Assembly (NCBI GenBank): GCA_017991635.1
Contig: JAGOQE010000001.1
Location: 131,965 to 195,964, forward strand
DNA: 64,000 nt
Direction of reading: 5' to 3'
Origin: Minisyncoccota bacterium
Lineage (GTDB): Bacteria; Patescibacteriota; Minisyncoccia; Phycocordibacterales; Phycocordibacteraceae
Numbering within the stretch: the stretch's first letter is position 1; each line of letters begins with the position of its first letter. Positions 10,110 to 19,331 of the stretch are shown here, piece after piece. The position numbers and the translations under genes were made by a program. The notes under the pieces are model-generated. The model had not been told where the DNA came from. It was given only the letters and a program-made list of their open reading frames with translations, and did not search any database.

Positions 10110-10751
10110 ATGGCGATACCTAAGGCGACACAATCGTTTGTACCAGTAAAAGAAATCCGAAACGGGGTAATTATCCTTAAAGATGGTGGCTATCGTGGAA
10201 TACTTATGTGTTCTTCGGTAAATTTCTCACTTAAGTCAGAGGATGAACAGCGGGGAATCATTGGAGGATTTCAGAATTTTCTCAATACACTTGATTTCTC
10301 TGTAGAGATTGTCATCCAGTCACGAAAGATGGATATTCGACCCTACCTAGCGCTCCTTGAAGAGCGTATGCAGGCACAGACAAGCGAGCTGATGCGAATT
10401 CAGTTGCGTGAATACATTGGCTTCATTAAAAGTTTTGTTGAGGGAACGGATATTATGACAAAGACATTCTATGTCGTGGTGCCGTTTGCACCAGCTCCTG
10501 TAAGCACTGTTTCCGGCGCCCTACCGTTCCTTCAGAAAAAAGACACGACCATCGCTGAAGCAGGGGAGTCCGATGAGGACAAATTGTTTACAGAGTTTCG
10601 AATTCAACTTGAGCAACGCATGGCCCTTGTTGGTTCGTCACTCGCTTCTTCTGGAGTGCGGGCGGTGCCTCTTGGAACTGAAGAGATTATTGAACTTTTG
10701 TATCGTTCATTTAATCCAGGAGAGAACGAGAACCCTATCCGACTTTCATAA
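10110..10751 (+). CDS. VirB4/TraE-family ATPase, N-terminal domain (separated from the ATPase domain by an in-frame TAA)
   Basis: VPVKEIRNGVIILKDGGYRGILMCSSVNFSLKSEDEQ ... FLNTLDFSVEIVIQSRKMDIRPYL resembles the conserved N-terminus of Gram-positive VirB4 homologues. Same reading frame as 10758-12572. Confidence 0.6.
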   Translation: MAIPKATQSFVPVKEIRNGVIILKDGGYRGILMCSSVNFSLKSEDEQRGIIGGFQNFLNTLDFSVEIVIQSRKMDIRPYLALLEERMQAQTSELMRIQLREYIGFIKSFVEGTDIMTKTFYVVVPFAPAPVSTVSGALPFLQKKDTTIAEAGESDEDKLFTEFRIQLEQRMALVGSSLASSGVRAVPLGTEEIIELLYRSFNPGENENPIRLS

Positions 10752-10757
10752 TTTACT

Positions 10758-12572
10758 ATGGCACTACTCGACTTTTTCGGAAAAAAGAATGACGCTCCTG
10801 AGGTGACTCCTGTCTTACCTAAAGACATTTACGCAGCTGGTGAACTTGATCTTGCAGATACTATTGCACCTGCTGCACTCAAGGTTAATTCAAAAGACAT
10901 TGAAATTGGTGAGCGCTTTGCTCGTACGCTCTACACAATTTCATATCCTCGCTTCCTTGTTGATAGTTGGTTCTCTCCGATTATTAATTTGGATAAACAG
11001 TTTGATATCGGCCTTTTCATCCACCCGCTTGAAACAGGGGCGGCTCTTAAAGGTTTTCAGAAAAAGGTTGCTGAAGTACAAAGCCAAATTGCTGAGCGAG
11101 AAGAGAAGGGGTTTGTCCGTGACCCAATGCTTGATACGGCATACCGTGACCTTGAGGACCTCCGTGATCAATTACAACAGGCGCAAGAACATCTTTTTGA
11201 AGTTGGACTATACACGACTATTTATGGAAACACTAAGGACGAACTCGATAAGGCTGAATCAAAGATACGTGGCATTCTTGATGCAAAGCTTGTGTATTCA
11301 AAACCAGCGCTTTACCGACAGGAGCAAGGTTTTCGCTCTACACTACCGCTCGCCCTTGATGAATTGAATGACCACACTAAACTAAATTCTTCTCCTCTCT
11401 CTTCACTCTTTCCGTTTGTCTCTTTCGACCTCACCAGTGATAGAGGGATTCTGTATGGCATCAATCGTCACAACGCCTCACTCATTCTTTTTGATAGATT
11501 CTCTCTAGAAAACTACAACTCTGTAGTATTCGCAAAATCAGGCTCCGGAAAATCATATGCGATTAAACTCGAGATTCTACGCTCATTGATGTTTGATACT
11601 GACGTCATTGTTATTGACCCTGAACGGGAGTACGAATACCTTGCTCAAGCAACTGGGGGTAGACTCTTTAACATCTCACTTTCTTCTGAGCACCACATTA
11701 ACCCCTTTGATTTGCCAGTAGTCAAAGATGACGAGGACCCTTCAGACATTCTTCGAAATAACATCATTACACTTGTTGGTCTCTTCCGTATCATGCTCGG
11801 AGGGCTTACGCCTGAAGAGGACGCAATTGTTGATCGCGCAATTACCGAGACTTACGCCCTCAAGGACATCACTGGCGACCGGGACTTTACCGGAATGGAA
11901 CCGCCTCTTCTTTCTGATTTTGAGAGTGTACTTTCTGGTATGGAGGGAAGTGAGTCGCTCGTACAACGTCTTTCCAAGTACACGCACGGCACCTGGTCAG
12001 GATTCATCAATCAGCCAACCAATATCGATATTAATAAACAGTTCATTGTGTTTTCAGTGCGAGACATGGAGGACGAGCTTAAACCTGTTGCTATGTACAT
12101 CGTCACGCATTACATATGGAATGCGGTTCGAAAAGAGCTCCGTAAGCGTCTTCTTATTATTGATGAGGCGTGGTGGATGATGAAGTCTGAAGATACTGCT
12201 TCATTCCTCTACTCTCTCGCAAAGCGTGGACGTAAATACTACTTAGGCGTCTCCACCATTACGCAGGACGTGGAAGATTTCTTGCGCTCTCCGTATGGCC
12301 GTCCAATTCTCACAAACTCATCAATGCAACTGCTTCTTAAACAGTCGCCAACAACTATCGACACACTGCAACAAACGTTCAACCTCACTGATGAGGAAAA
12401 ATATCTCTTGCTTGAGTCTGGAGTAGGGGAGGGGCTCTTTTTCGCGGGCCTAAAGCACGTAGCAATTAAAATTGTGGCCTCCTACACTGAGGATCAAATT
12501 ATTACCTCTGACCCTTCTCAACTTCTTGCCATTCAACAAGAGCGCTTGCGCCTCAATAGCGAAGGCGCGTAG
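10758..12572 (+). CDS. VirB4/TraC/TrbE-family T4SS ATPase, central + C-terminal ATPase domain
   Basis: Walker A VVFAKSGSGKSYAIK, Walker B LLIIDEAWWMM. Upstream VirB4 middle-domain similarity (FARTLYTISYPRF...). Combined with 10110-10751 gives an ~817 aa VirB4. Confidence 0.85.
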   Translation: MALLDFFGKKNDAPEVTPVLPKDIYAAGELDLADTIAPAALKVNSKDIEIGERFARTLYTISYPRFLVDSWFSPIINLDKQFDIGLFIHPLETGAALKGFQKKVAEVQSQIAEREEKGFVRDPMLDTAYRDLEDLRDQLQQAQEHLFEVGLYTTIYGNTKDELDKAESKIRGILDAKLVYSKPALYRQEQGFRSTLPLALDELNDHTKLNSSPLSSLFPFVSFDLTSDRGILYGINRHNASLILFDRFSLENYNSVVFAKSGSGKSYAIKLEILRSLMFDTDVIVIDPEREYEYLAQATGGRLFNISLSSEHHINPFDLPVVKDDEDPSDILRNNIITLVGLFRIMLGGLTPEEDAIVDRAITETYALKDITGDRDFTGMEPPLLSDFESVLSGMEGSESLVQRLSKYTHGTWSGFINQPTNIDINKQFIVFSVRDMEDELKPVAMYIVTHYIWNAVRKELRKRLLIIDEAWWMMKSEDTASFLYSLAKRGRKYYLGVSTITQDVEDFLRSPYGRPILTNSSMQLLLKQSPTTIDTLQQTFNLTDEEKYLLLESGVGEGLFFAGLKHVAIKIVASYTEDQIITSDPSQLLAIQQERLRLNSEGA

Positions 12573-12595
12573 AAGAATGAGGTACTATAGTACCA

Positions 12596-13261
12596 ATGCC
12601 TCCTCAAGAGACACCTGAAAAGAAACCACGTATAGGGTTATTGACTGCACTTGCTCTTGTGCTTGTAGCTTTAATTTTTGATGGCGGACAATTTCTTGTT
12701 GGTCTAATACCATTTCTTGATATTGTGCTTCTTCCTATTGTGGGAATAACGGCATCAATCGTTTTTTGGATTTGGTTTATGTTGATTGACCCAAGCCTTA
12801 TGTCTGGAGCAAAGGCATTTAAAAATCAGCTTGCTATGGCAGGGATGTCGATTGCGACAGTTATCCCTTTCCTTGATATGTTGCCTGAAATTACAGCGGG
12901 CGTGGTTGCGGTTATTCTCATATCTCGTGCCGAGGACATGGGTCTTTCGGTCAGTGACCTGATTAAAACCGGTTTAAATATCGCAAAGAATCCAGTACTT
13001 GGTACTGCTGAGGCAGTGGTGAGCGCCAAATCTAAAGAAAGAGAGAAAAAGGGTGGTGGAGGTGTTGGAAGTTTTATGGCAAACAGAGTAGGAGGAGACC
13101 GAAAGGCCGTTGGGAAACCTCTACCACAAGATGGAGTAAGAAGAGCCAAAGGATATGCCGGTCCAACTATTAATAAGGAGCCCACAACCTCAAAACAGAC
13201 TCCTTTGGTAAGTGGTGGAAAACCCTCACCGCTAGTATCAGAGGCTAATCGCTGGCGATAA
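12596..13261 (+). CDS. Hypothetical polytopic membrane protein with Gly-rich disordered C-terminal tail (T4SS-like operon)
   Basis: 3-4 hydrophobic helices in first 120 aa, then KEREKKGGGGVGS tail. Confidence 0.35.
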   Translation: MPPQETPEKKPRIGLLTALALVLVALIFDGGQFLVGLIPFLDIVLLPIVGITASIVFWIWFMLIDPSLMSGAKAFKNQLAMAGMSIATVIPFLDMLPEITAGVVAVILISRAEDMGLSVSDLIKTGLNIAKNPVLGTAEAVVSAKSKEREKKGGGGVGSFMANRVGGDRKAVGKPLPQDGVRRAKGYAGPTINKEPTTSKQTPLVSGGKPSPLVSEANRWR

Positions 13262-13287
13262 GTTAACCTCTGGATTTCAATAAAAAT

Positions 13288-14298
13288 GTGGCGAGAAGGG
13301 CGTATACTAAATGCATGATACGAGGTTTTTATACGTTGTTTTTTGTCGCATTGTTTTTCGTTCCGCTGACTACTTTTGCGCAGGGCTATAACCCTCAGGA
13401 TTCTCTTTCGGTAAGTATTGTTCCGGAACACCCAAAACCTTATGAGACTGTTTCTGTTACCCCAAGGAGTTCACTCCTTGACCTTATATCAAGTACGATA
13501 ACGATTTCAGCAAACGGGCAAAAGGTTGAGCAGGGGAGCGGTTTGGTTACTGGGTATGTTCGAGCAGGCGCTCCAGGAGAAAAAACCACCATTACTGTTT
13601 CAGTTGTATCGGGAGGAACTACGTACACAAAAACGGTAGTAATTCGGCCAGCAAGTGTGGCGCTCGTCGTAGAACCAACATCAACAACACATCCCTTTTA
13701 CCTTGGTGGAAGCCTGGTGGCATCTGAAGGGCCGGTTCGTCTTGTTGCTATTCCCGATTTCCAAAGTACGCCTGGTGTTTCCATAAAGAACGAGCAGCTC
13801 ACCTATACGTGGAGATTAGGCCAACAGGTCTTACAAACTGTTTCTGGAATTGGAAAGAGTTCAGTCACAGCAACAGCTCCAGTTCGTTACAGAGATGCAA
13901 CACTGTCAGTTACGGTGACAAATTCAGAAAACACCATGGTGGCCTATGCTTCAACAAGCATCGCTCCTACCGATCCATTAATAAAGGTGTACGCGAATGA
14001 TCCTCTCCTAGGCCCTCTTTTTGATCATGCACTTCCAAACTCACTCACCATGGAAACGACTGAGCAAACCTTCAGAATGGTTCCGTATTTCTTTGCCACG
14101 ACACCAAGCATGTCATGGAACGTGAACGGGAGTACAGGAGGAGTAGAGAGAGATGTCACAGTGCGAGCAACAGGGAATGGAAAAGGGTCTGCGGTTATAG
14201 AAGCTTCTGCCAAGCTCGCCGAAACATTCCAAAACGCGAAGACTTCATTGAGCGTATCATTTGGTGAACAGTCTGGTCTTGGTATATTTGGACTATAG
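13288..14298 (+). CDS. Hypothetical secreted beta-rich protein (T4SS-like operon)
   Basis: Signal peptide ...FFVPLTTFAQG. Thr/Ser/Val-rich repeats suggest Ig-like beta-sandwich domains. Confidence 0.35.
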   Translation: MARRAYTKCMIRGFYTLFFVALFFVPLTTFAQGYNPQDSLSVSIVPEHPKPYETVSVTPRSSLLDLISSTITISANGQKVEQGSGLVTGYVRAGAPGEKTTITVSVVSGGTTYTKTVVIRPASVALVVEPTSTTHPFYLGGSLVASEGPVRLVAIPDFQSTPGVSIKNEQLTYTWRLGQQVLQTVSGIGKSSVTATAPVRYRDATLSVTVTNSENTMVAYASTSIAPTDPLIKVYANDPLLGPLFDHALPNSLTMETTEQTFRMVPYFFATTPSMSWNVNGSTGGVERDVTVRATGNGKGSAVIEASAKLAETFQNAKTSLSVSFGEQSGLGIFGL

Positions 14299-14300
14299 CT

Positions 14301-15218
14301 ATGAAACGAACACTTTTCTTTATTGGAAGTCTCGCACTACTAACTCCGGCACTGGTCTTTGCACAAGACACCACCTTTGTTCCATTAACTAACCTTCCTG
14401 GAATTAGTGGTGTTTCCGGGTCTCCCGACCTGACCTCAATCCTTAACAATATCTACCGCATATGTATTGGTGCTGCTGCGGTTATCGCAGTCTTTCAAAT
14501 TATGCGTGCGGGTGTGCTGTTCATGTTCAACAAGGGCAGTATTTCTGAGAATCAAGAAGCTAAGCAGTTAGTACAGATGTCGATTTTAGGGCTTATTTTG
14601 GTACTTTCGCCAGTAATCATTTTTAGTATCATTAATCCTAAGATTCTTGAGTTGAATTTTGGTGTTGATCAACTTAAGACAAACTTTACTGGTGGTGTTT
14701 CTGGAACAGGGACAGCGCCAACCGCTCCTGGCACAGGCACTAATGATGGGGCAGTGGTTCCACCCCCTTCAATCATTCCAGCGACAGGAGCCACAAACAC
14801 AGGCTGCCCTGTAATTGCAGACAATCAAATTTTGACAGAGCCTGACCTGTACCAGAAACAGCAATGCTGCGCGAATCAGACAAATGACATGGTTACCTGT
14901 AGTGCGCAAGCTCAAACTCGCCAAGGTAATACGGTGGACTATTGCGGGTGTGCGATAAACGAAAAGACAATTACGTTCCATGATGCGTACGAGAATACAA
15001 ACGGCGCACGTAATAGAATTGGTTCTGTCCCCCCTGAGAAGGCAACTGTAGATGCATTTGTAGGGAAGTGTACTCAATATGGCGGGAGGATGGATTACAA
15101 GGATGTGTGGGAAGGATTTGGAGACAAATTTAGGGTCTGCCCCTCAACAATTGTTGTACCTGAAGGAAAAAATTATGACTGCGTTCTTGTAGAGGCAACC
15201 TGTAAGGATGACGACTAA
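14301..15218 (+). CDS. Candidate T4SS pilin-like (VirB2/TrbC-like topology) protein fused to a Cys-rich C-terminal domain
   Basis: Sec signal (ALVFA|QD), then two hydrophobic helices separated by a short polar loop (IYRICIGAAAVIAVFQIMRAGVLFMF / LVQMSILGLILVLSPVIIFSIINP), as in VirB2/TrbC pilins. Followed by ~170 aa with about 10 Cys. Confidence 0.3.
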   Translation: MKRTLFFIGSLALLTPALVFAQDTTFVPLTNLPGISGVSGSPDLTSILNNIYRICIGAAAVIAVFQIMRAGVLFMFNKGSISENQEAKQLVQMSILGLILVLSPVIIFSIINPKILELNFGVDQLKTNFTGGVSGTGTAPTAPGTGTNDGAVVPPPSIIPATGATNTGCPVIADNQILTEPDLYQKQQCCANQTNDMVTCSAQAQTRQGNTVDYCGCAINEKTITFHDAYENTNGARNRIGSVPPEKATVDAFVGKCTQYGGRMDYKDVWEGFGDKFRVCPSTIVVPEGKNYDCVLVEATCKDDD

Positions 15219-15221
15219 CCT

Positions 15222-16433
15222 ATGCAAAGAATATTCCTTATCGTAGCAAGTATTATTTTCGTCGCCGGTATTGGTATTGGTGTGTACTTCTTTTTTTTCC
15301 AAGACAAAGCAACACTCTCTGTTGATACAGGAAATACGTTCGGAACTTCTGGAGACACCACCACAACGACTGAAGAAGACGATACTGGACCTCTATTGGT
15401 TGGAGCTGGTGAAGAGGTGTTACCTCAACTTTTCAAGATTACTGATAAACCTATATCATCTGGCATTGTTGCTCTTTCCATCCCTCCAACGCTCACCGCA
15501 TCAAGTACCGGCGTAAATCGAGGAGATGTTGAGGTTCGCTACGTTGACAGAACAAGTGGAAATATCTATGCATATAGAGCGTACGAGCGAACTTTAACGC
15601 GCACCTCAAATAGGACCGTTCCAGGAATACAGGAGGTATCATGGCTTCCAAATGGCGAGACCGCTCTTGTTCGCTTTCTTTCAACAGATAGTTCCACGAA
15701 TACCGAAGCAGTCGAAACGTATGTACTACCTGCAACAGGGGAGGGTGGCTTCTTCCTTGAGCGAGGGCTTTCGCAAGTGCTTGGCGTTGGTTCTTCAACA
15801 CTCTTTACTCTCAAGACAAGCTCATTTGGCTCAACAGGCACTGTAGCGAATAGTAAAGGCGAAGTGGTGAGAACTGCGTTTACTTCAACACTCTCTTCAC
15901 TTCGTGTTTTTGCTACCTCAAAGGGGTATACAGCACAGACGAAAGCGTCGTCATCGCTTGATGGGTACGCGTTTTCTATTAGCACAACAGGAGCGCTCTC
16001 AAGAATACTTGGCCCACATAAAGGCTTGTCCATCCTACCGAACGCTGATGGTACGCTTGTGCTGTATTCATACCAGTCGGAAGGGTCCATGCGTATGGCG
16101 TTACTCAACCGAAATTCAGGCGATGTGACCGCCCTTCCGCTTTCTACACTTGCTGAGAAGTGCACATGGTCTGGAGACGAGAAATCAATCTATTGCGGAG
16201 TTCCTCAAAGCGCGAAAGGGAATCTTCCCGACGAATGGTATCAAGGTGCGCGTTTCTTTACCGATAGGATTTGGAAAATTGACCTCTCTGATCGTGTCGC
16301 GACACTACTCCTAGACCCTTCAAAAGCAGAGGGTGTGGCTATTGATATGGTAAGTGTGTCTATTGATAAGTCTTCTGACTTCCTCTTCTTCAAAAACAAG
16401 CAGGACGGCTCCCTCTGGGCGTACGATATTTAA
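15222..16433 (+). CDS. Hypothetical membrane-anchored beta-rich (possibly beta-propeller/TolB-like) protein; last gene of T4SS-like operon
   Basis: N-terminal TM (IFLIVASIIFVAGIGIGVYFFFF). Ser/Thr-rich beta strands. Motifs such as SLWAYDI, WSGDEKSIYCG. Confidence 0.3.
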   Translation: MQRIFLIVASIIFVAGIGIGVYFFFFQDKATLSVDTGNTFGTSGDTTTTTEEDDTGPLLVGAGEEVLPQLFKITDKPISSGIVALSIPPTLTASSTGVNRGDVEVRYVDRTSGNIYAYRAYERTLTRTSNRTVPGIQEVSWLPNGETALVRFLSTDSSTNTEAVETYVLPATGEGGFFLERGLSQVLGVGSSTLFTLKTSSFGSTGTVANSKGEVVRTAFTSTLSSLRVFATSKGYTAQTKASSSLDGYAFSISTTGALSRILGPHKGLSILPNADGTLVLYSYQSEGSMRMALLNRNSGDVTALPLSTLAEKCTWSGDEKSIYCGVPQSAKGNLPDEWYQGARFFTDRIWKIDLSDRVATLLLDPSKAEGVAIDMVSVSIDKSSDFLFFKNKQDGSLWAYDI

Positions 16434-17173
16434 ACTTTTACTGGCGTTCCGCGCAGGTTCTTTTTTCTAACGATAAATTCTTGAAGGATACCAACAAGGT
16501 TGCTGGTTATAAGATAAAGAGCAATTGCGCCTGAAGCATAAGCGACAACAGCAATCACAACAGGGAGGATGTACCGAGCCTGAATTGCGAGCGCTCTACC
16601 AAACTCTGCCTGCATTGATTCTGGTGTACTTGCGGTCTTTTCACTTTTAGGAGGAACGGGAATGGCGTAATGAGCCTGTATAAGTTGCGTTACGCCCGCA
16701 AGTAAGGCAAGTACTAGATGATGCCCTGAAATTAAAAATATACCGAACAATAGTGGTGAAAACGTGCCCGGGTCCTGAATAAATGAATACAAAATCTCTG
16801 GGTTTACCTTATCGAGGGGTTCCTTTTGAAATACAAGGAAGAGGGAGATGACAATAGGAATTTGTATGAACATCATTAAAATGCTCGAAAACGGCTTAAT
16901 TCCGTACTCTTTATATAGAGCGAACATTTCCTTGGCTTGTTTTTCCTTATCATCTTTGTACTTCTCCTTCAACTCTTTGAGGAGAGGTTCTATTTCCTTC
17001 ATCGCGCGCTGTGTTTTGAGTGCAGAAAATGAAAGAGGCATAGTTACTACCTTTACCACAAGGGTAACCATAATAACTGCAAGACCTACATCAGCGCCCG
17101 GAAGTACGCCCACTAAATAAATGAGAAAATTGTAAATCGGAACGTATAGATATTCGTGAAAGAAGGCGAGCAT
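16430..17173 (-). CDS. yidC: Membrane protein insertase YidC (short, Gram-positive/Oxa1-like form)
   Basis: Multi-TM. Conserved loop KTQRAMKEIEPLLKELKEKYKDDKEKQAKEMFALYKEYGIKPF. Classic position downstream of rnpA. Confidence 0.85.
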   Translation of the reverse strand: MLAFFHEYLYVPIYNFLIYLVGVLPGADVGLAVIMVTLVVKVVTMPLSFSALKTQRAMKEIEPLLKELKEKYKDDKEKQAKEMFALYKEYGIKPFSSILMMFIQIPIVISLFLVFQKEPLDKVNPEILYSFIQDPGTFSPLLFGIFLISGHHLVLALLAGVTQLIQAHYAIPVPPKSEKTASTPESMQAEFGRALAIQARYILPVVIAVVAYASGAIALYLITSNLVGILQEFIVRKKNLRGTPVKV

Positions 17174-17176
17174 GTC

Positions 17177-17518
17177 TTATACCTTACCAGAGAAAAGGCC
17201 TGTTTGGGTAATAAGTGATTTTAATTCCATAGATAATTCTTCATAAGAAAGAGTGGGGGAGTGTTGTCCTGCATACACAATGAGTGTTTTGTCCTCGGCG
17301 CAAAACTCTTTAAGCACGGTACGGACTCTTCGTTTGAGAAGATGTCTGCCTACTGAACTTTTTTCCACTTTCTTAGAAACTACGACGGCACACCCGCCAG
17401 AGCCTGGTGTTTGACCGAAGGTAAGAGAAAAATGCGGACTTGAAATCCGCTTTAAGTTTCTCTTGTCCGCCAAGTTCTCAAAATCGCTTCTAGAGAGCCT
17501 GAGGTGACGGGGAATCAT
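17177..17518 (-). CDS. rnpA: Ribonuclease P protein component
   Basis: 113 aa basic protein, LKRRVRTVLKE motif, between rpmH and yidC. Confidence 0.8.
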   Translation of the reverse strand: MIPRHLRLSRSDFENLADKRNLKRISSPHFSLTFGQTPGSGGCAVVVSKKVEKSSVGRHLLKRRVRTVLKEFCAEDKTLIVYAGQHSPTLSYEELSMELKSLITQTGLFSGKV

Positions 17519-17521
17519 GGC

Positions 17522-17665
17522 TTACACCGAGGTTGAAAGCTTTGCACGCCCTTTTCGTCTACGACGAGCAAGGACTCTCTTTCCTGAAGAGGTCGCGGTA
17601 CGAGCACGAAAACCGTGAGTCTTCGCGCGCTTTCGCTTTTTTGGTTGGTAGGTGCGCTTAGGCAT
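17522..17665 (-). CDS. rpmH: 50S ribosomal protein L34
   Basis: [50 protein letters not shown] track entry 17522-17758 is an artificial N-terminal extension; true ATG at 17665. Confidence 0.9.
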   Translation of the reverse strand: MPKRTYQPKKRKRAKTHGFRARTATSSGKRVLARRRRKGRAKLSTSV

Positions 17666-17756
17666 TTGTAGAGAGGATAGTATCAGGGTAGGGGACAAAA
17701 GGCAAGGAAATCCAAGGGTTTCCCTAAATGCCTTCTGGCGTATAAAATAGCGAGAC

Positions 17757-19106
17757 ATGAATCGCTTAGATCCGCATGAACTTTGGGAGTACGTGCTAAC
17801 GCAGGTCGAGCTTTCTATTTCTCCCGCAAACTTTAATACGTGGTTTAGGGATAGTCAGATAGTCAAAATTGAAGACGGTATCGTATACATTGGTGTGCCG
17901 AGCCAATTCTTCCGAGATTGGTACCTGAAGAAATTCCACACTCTTCTCCTTAAGATAATCCGAGGTGTTTCGTATGAGTATAGAAACATTGAGTACCAAA
18001 TAGTTAAAGATATTGCGCGTAAACCAAAAGATACCCGCCACAAGGTTCAGCCAACCGTGGAGATGCCCCTTGATGATTTCTATGTAAATAAGAGTGATGG
18101 CTTGAATCCTCGCTATACGTTCGATACCTTTGTGGTTGGTTCCTTTAATGAACTTGCCCACACCGCAGCTCAAGCAGCGCTCAAGAGGCCGGGAATTATG
18201 TACAATCCTCTCTTTATCTACGGAGACACAGGAAGAGGGAAGACACACCTTATCCAAGCTATTGGAAATCACTTTAAGAAACTCTATCCAACCAGAAAGG
18301 TGTATTACCTAACTGCTGAAACATTTGCTCAGGACTACACAAATTCTATTCAAAATGGCTCTACAAACCGTTTTAAGGAGAAATACCGTCAATACGATCT
18401 TGTAATCATGGATGATATTCAGTTTTTCTCTAAAAAGGAGAAAACTCAGGAAGAACTATTCCATCTTTTTAACGCGCTGTACGACAATAATAAGCAAATT
18501 ATCTTCTCATCTGATCGTTCTCCAAGCTCAATACCTGACATTGCTGATAGGTTGCGGGGTAGATTTGCGAGCGGTATGACTATTGATATCGGAGAACCTG
18601 ATACCGAATCCCGTATAGCAATTGTACGCAAAAAGGCTGCAAGTCATGGAGTAACACTCTCCGATGATGTTGCTGAATTCGTGGCGACGAATGTCACTGG
18701 CTCAATTAGAGAACTTGAGGGCGTTATCAACTCAATTGTGTGCCATACACAAGTAAAAGGGGTTCCGCCAGACATTGCTGAGGTGCGCCAATCTCTTCGT
18801 TCCTTCTCTAGACCAACAAAAACTGTGTCTGTTAAACACGTGGTGAGTAAAATCGCTGAATACTACGGAATTGATGAGGAAAGCATCTATGAAAAGACTC
18901 GTAGGAGGGAGGTGGTGCGCCCGCGTCAGGTCATTATGTATATTCTTCGAGAAGACTTTAGTGTTTCGTACCCAACAATAGGCACAAAACTAGGAGGGAG
19001 AGACCATACCACAGTAATTCACTCTTGTGAGAAGGTTAAACGAGAGGTTCAAACCGATACTGAACTCTCCAAAGAAATCCAAGAGATTCGCTCATTGTTG
19101 GTATAG
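17757..19106 (+). CDS. dnaA: Chromosomal replication initiator DnaA
   Basis: AAA+ Walker [17 protein letters not shown], Walker [11 protein letters not shown]-terminal DNA-binding helix ([36 protein letters not shown]). Confidence 0.9.
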   Translation: MNRLDPHELWEYVLTQVELSISPANFNTWFRDSQIVKIEDGIVYIGVPSQFFRDWYLKKFHTLLLKIIRGVSYEYRNIEYQIVKDIARKPKDTRHKVQPTVEMPLDDFYVNKSDGLNPRYTFDTFVVGSFNELAHTAAQAALKRPGIMYNPLFIYGDTGRGKTHLIQAIGNHFKKLYPTRKVYYLTAETFAQDYTNSIQNGSTNRFKEKYRQYDLVIMDDIQFFSKKEKTQEELFHLFNALYDNNKQIIFSSDRSPSSIPDIADRLRGRFASGMTIDIGEPDTESRIAIVRKKAASHGVTLSDDVAEFVATNVTGSIRELEGVINSIVCHTQVKGVPPDIAEVRQSLRSFSRPTKTVSVKHVVSKIAEYYGIDEESIYEKTRRREVVRPRQVIMYILREDFSVSYPTIGTKLGGRDHTTVIHSCEKVKREVQTDTELSKEIQEIRSLLV

Positions 19107-19331
19107 GTGTGGATAAGTTGGGGAATAGTGTGGGTAAACTGCTGTATAACTTGAGAAAATTTACTTAGTTTATACACAGGTTATTAATGTGGTGATCTTT
19201 TTCTCTCTCCCATCCTCCTTATCCACATTGTTTCTTAGACTCCTGCGCACCGAGCAATTATCAAAAAACGGCGTATACTTAGGGTGTGAAAGGTTTTCCA
19301 CACAATACACAGGGGTAATAGGGCTAGGTAT
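19107..19331. other. Probable oriC: dnaA-dnaN intergenic region with clustered DnaA boxes
   Basis: Perfect TTATCCACA at 19219-19227 and its reverse complement TGTGGATAA at 19108-19116. One-mismatch boxes at 19129-19137, 19170-19178, 19294-19302. Two-mismatch box at 19188-19196. AT-rich. Confidence 0.65.

Noticed and set aside
10749-10751. Considered alternative genetic code (stop-codon reassignment) to explain the in-frame TAA in virB4.
   Set aside because: Every other gene terminates at TAA/TAG/TGA at the position expected from homology (for example uvrD at TGA 3198-3200 and rpmH at TGA). A single TAA is better explained by a split gene, nonsense mutation or sequence error.
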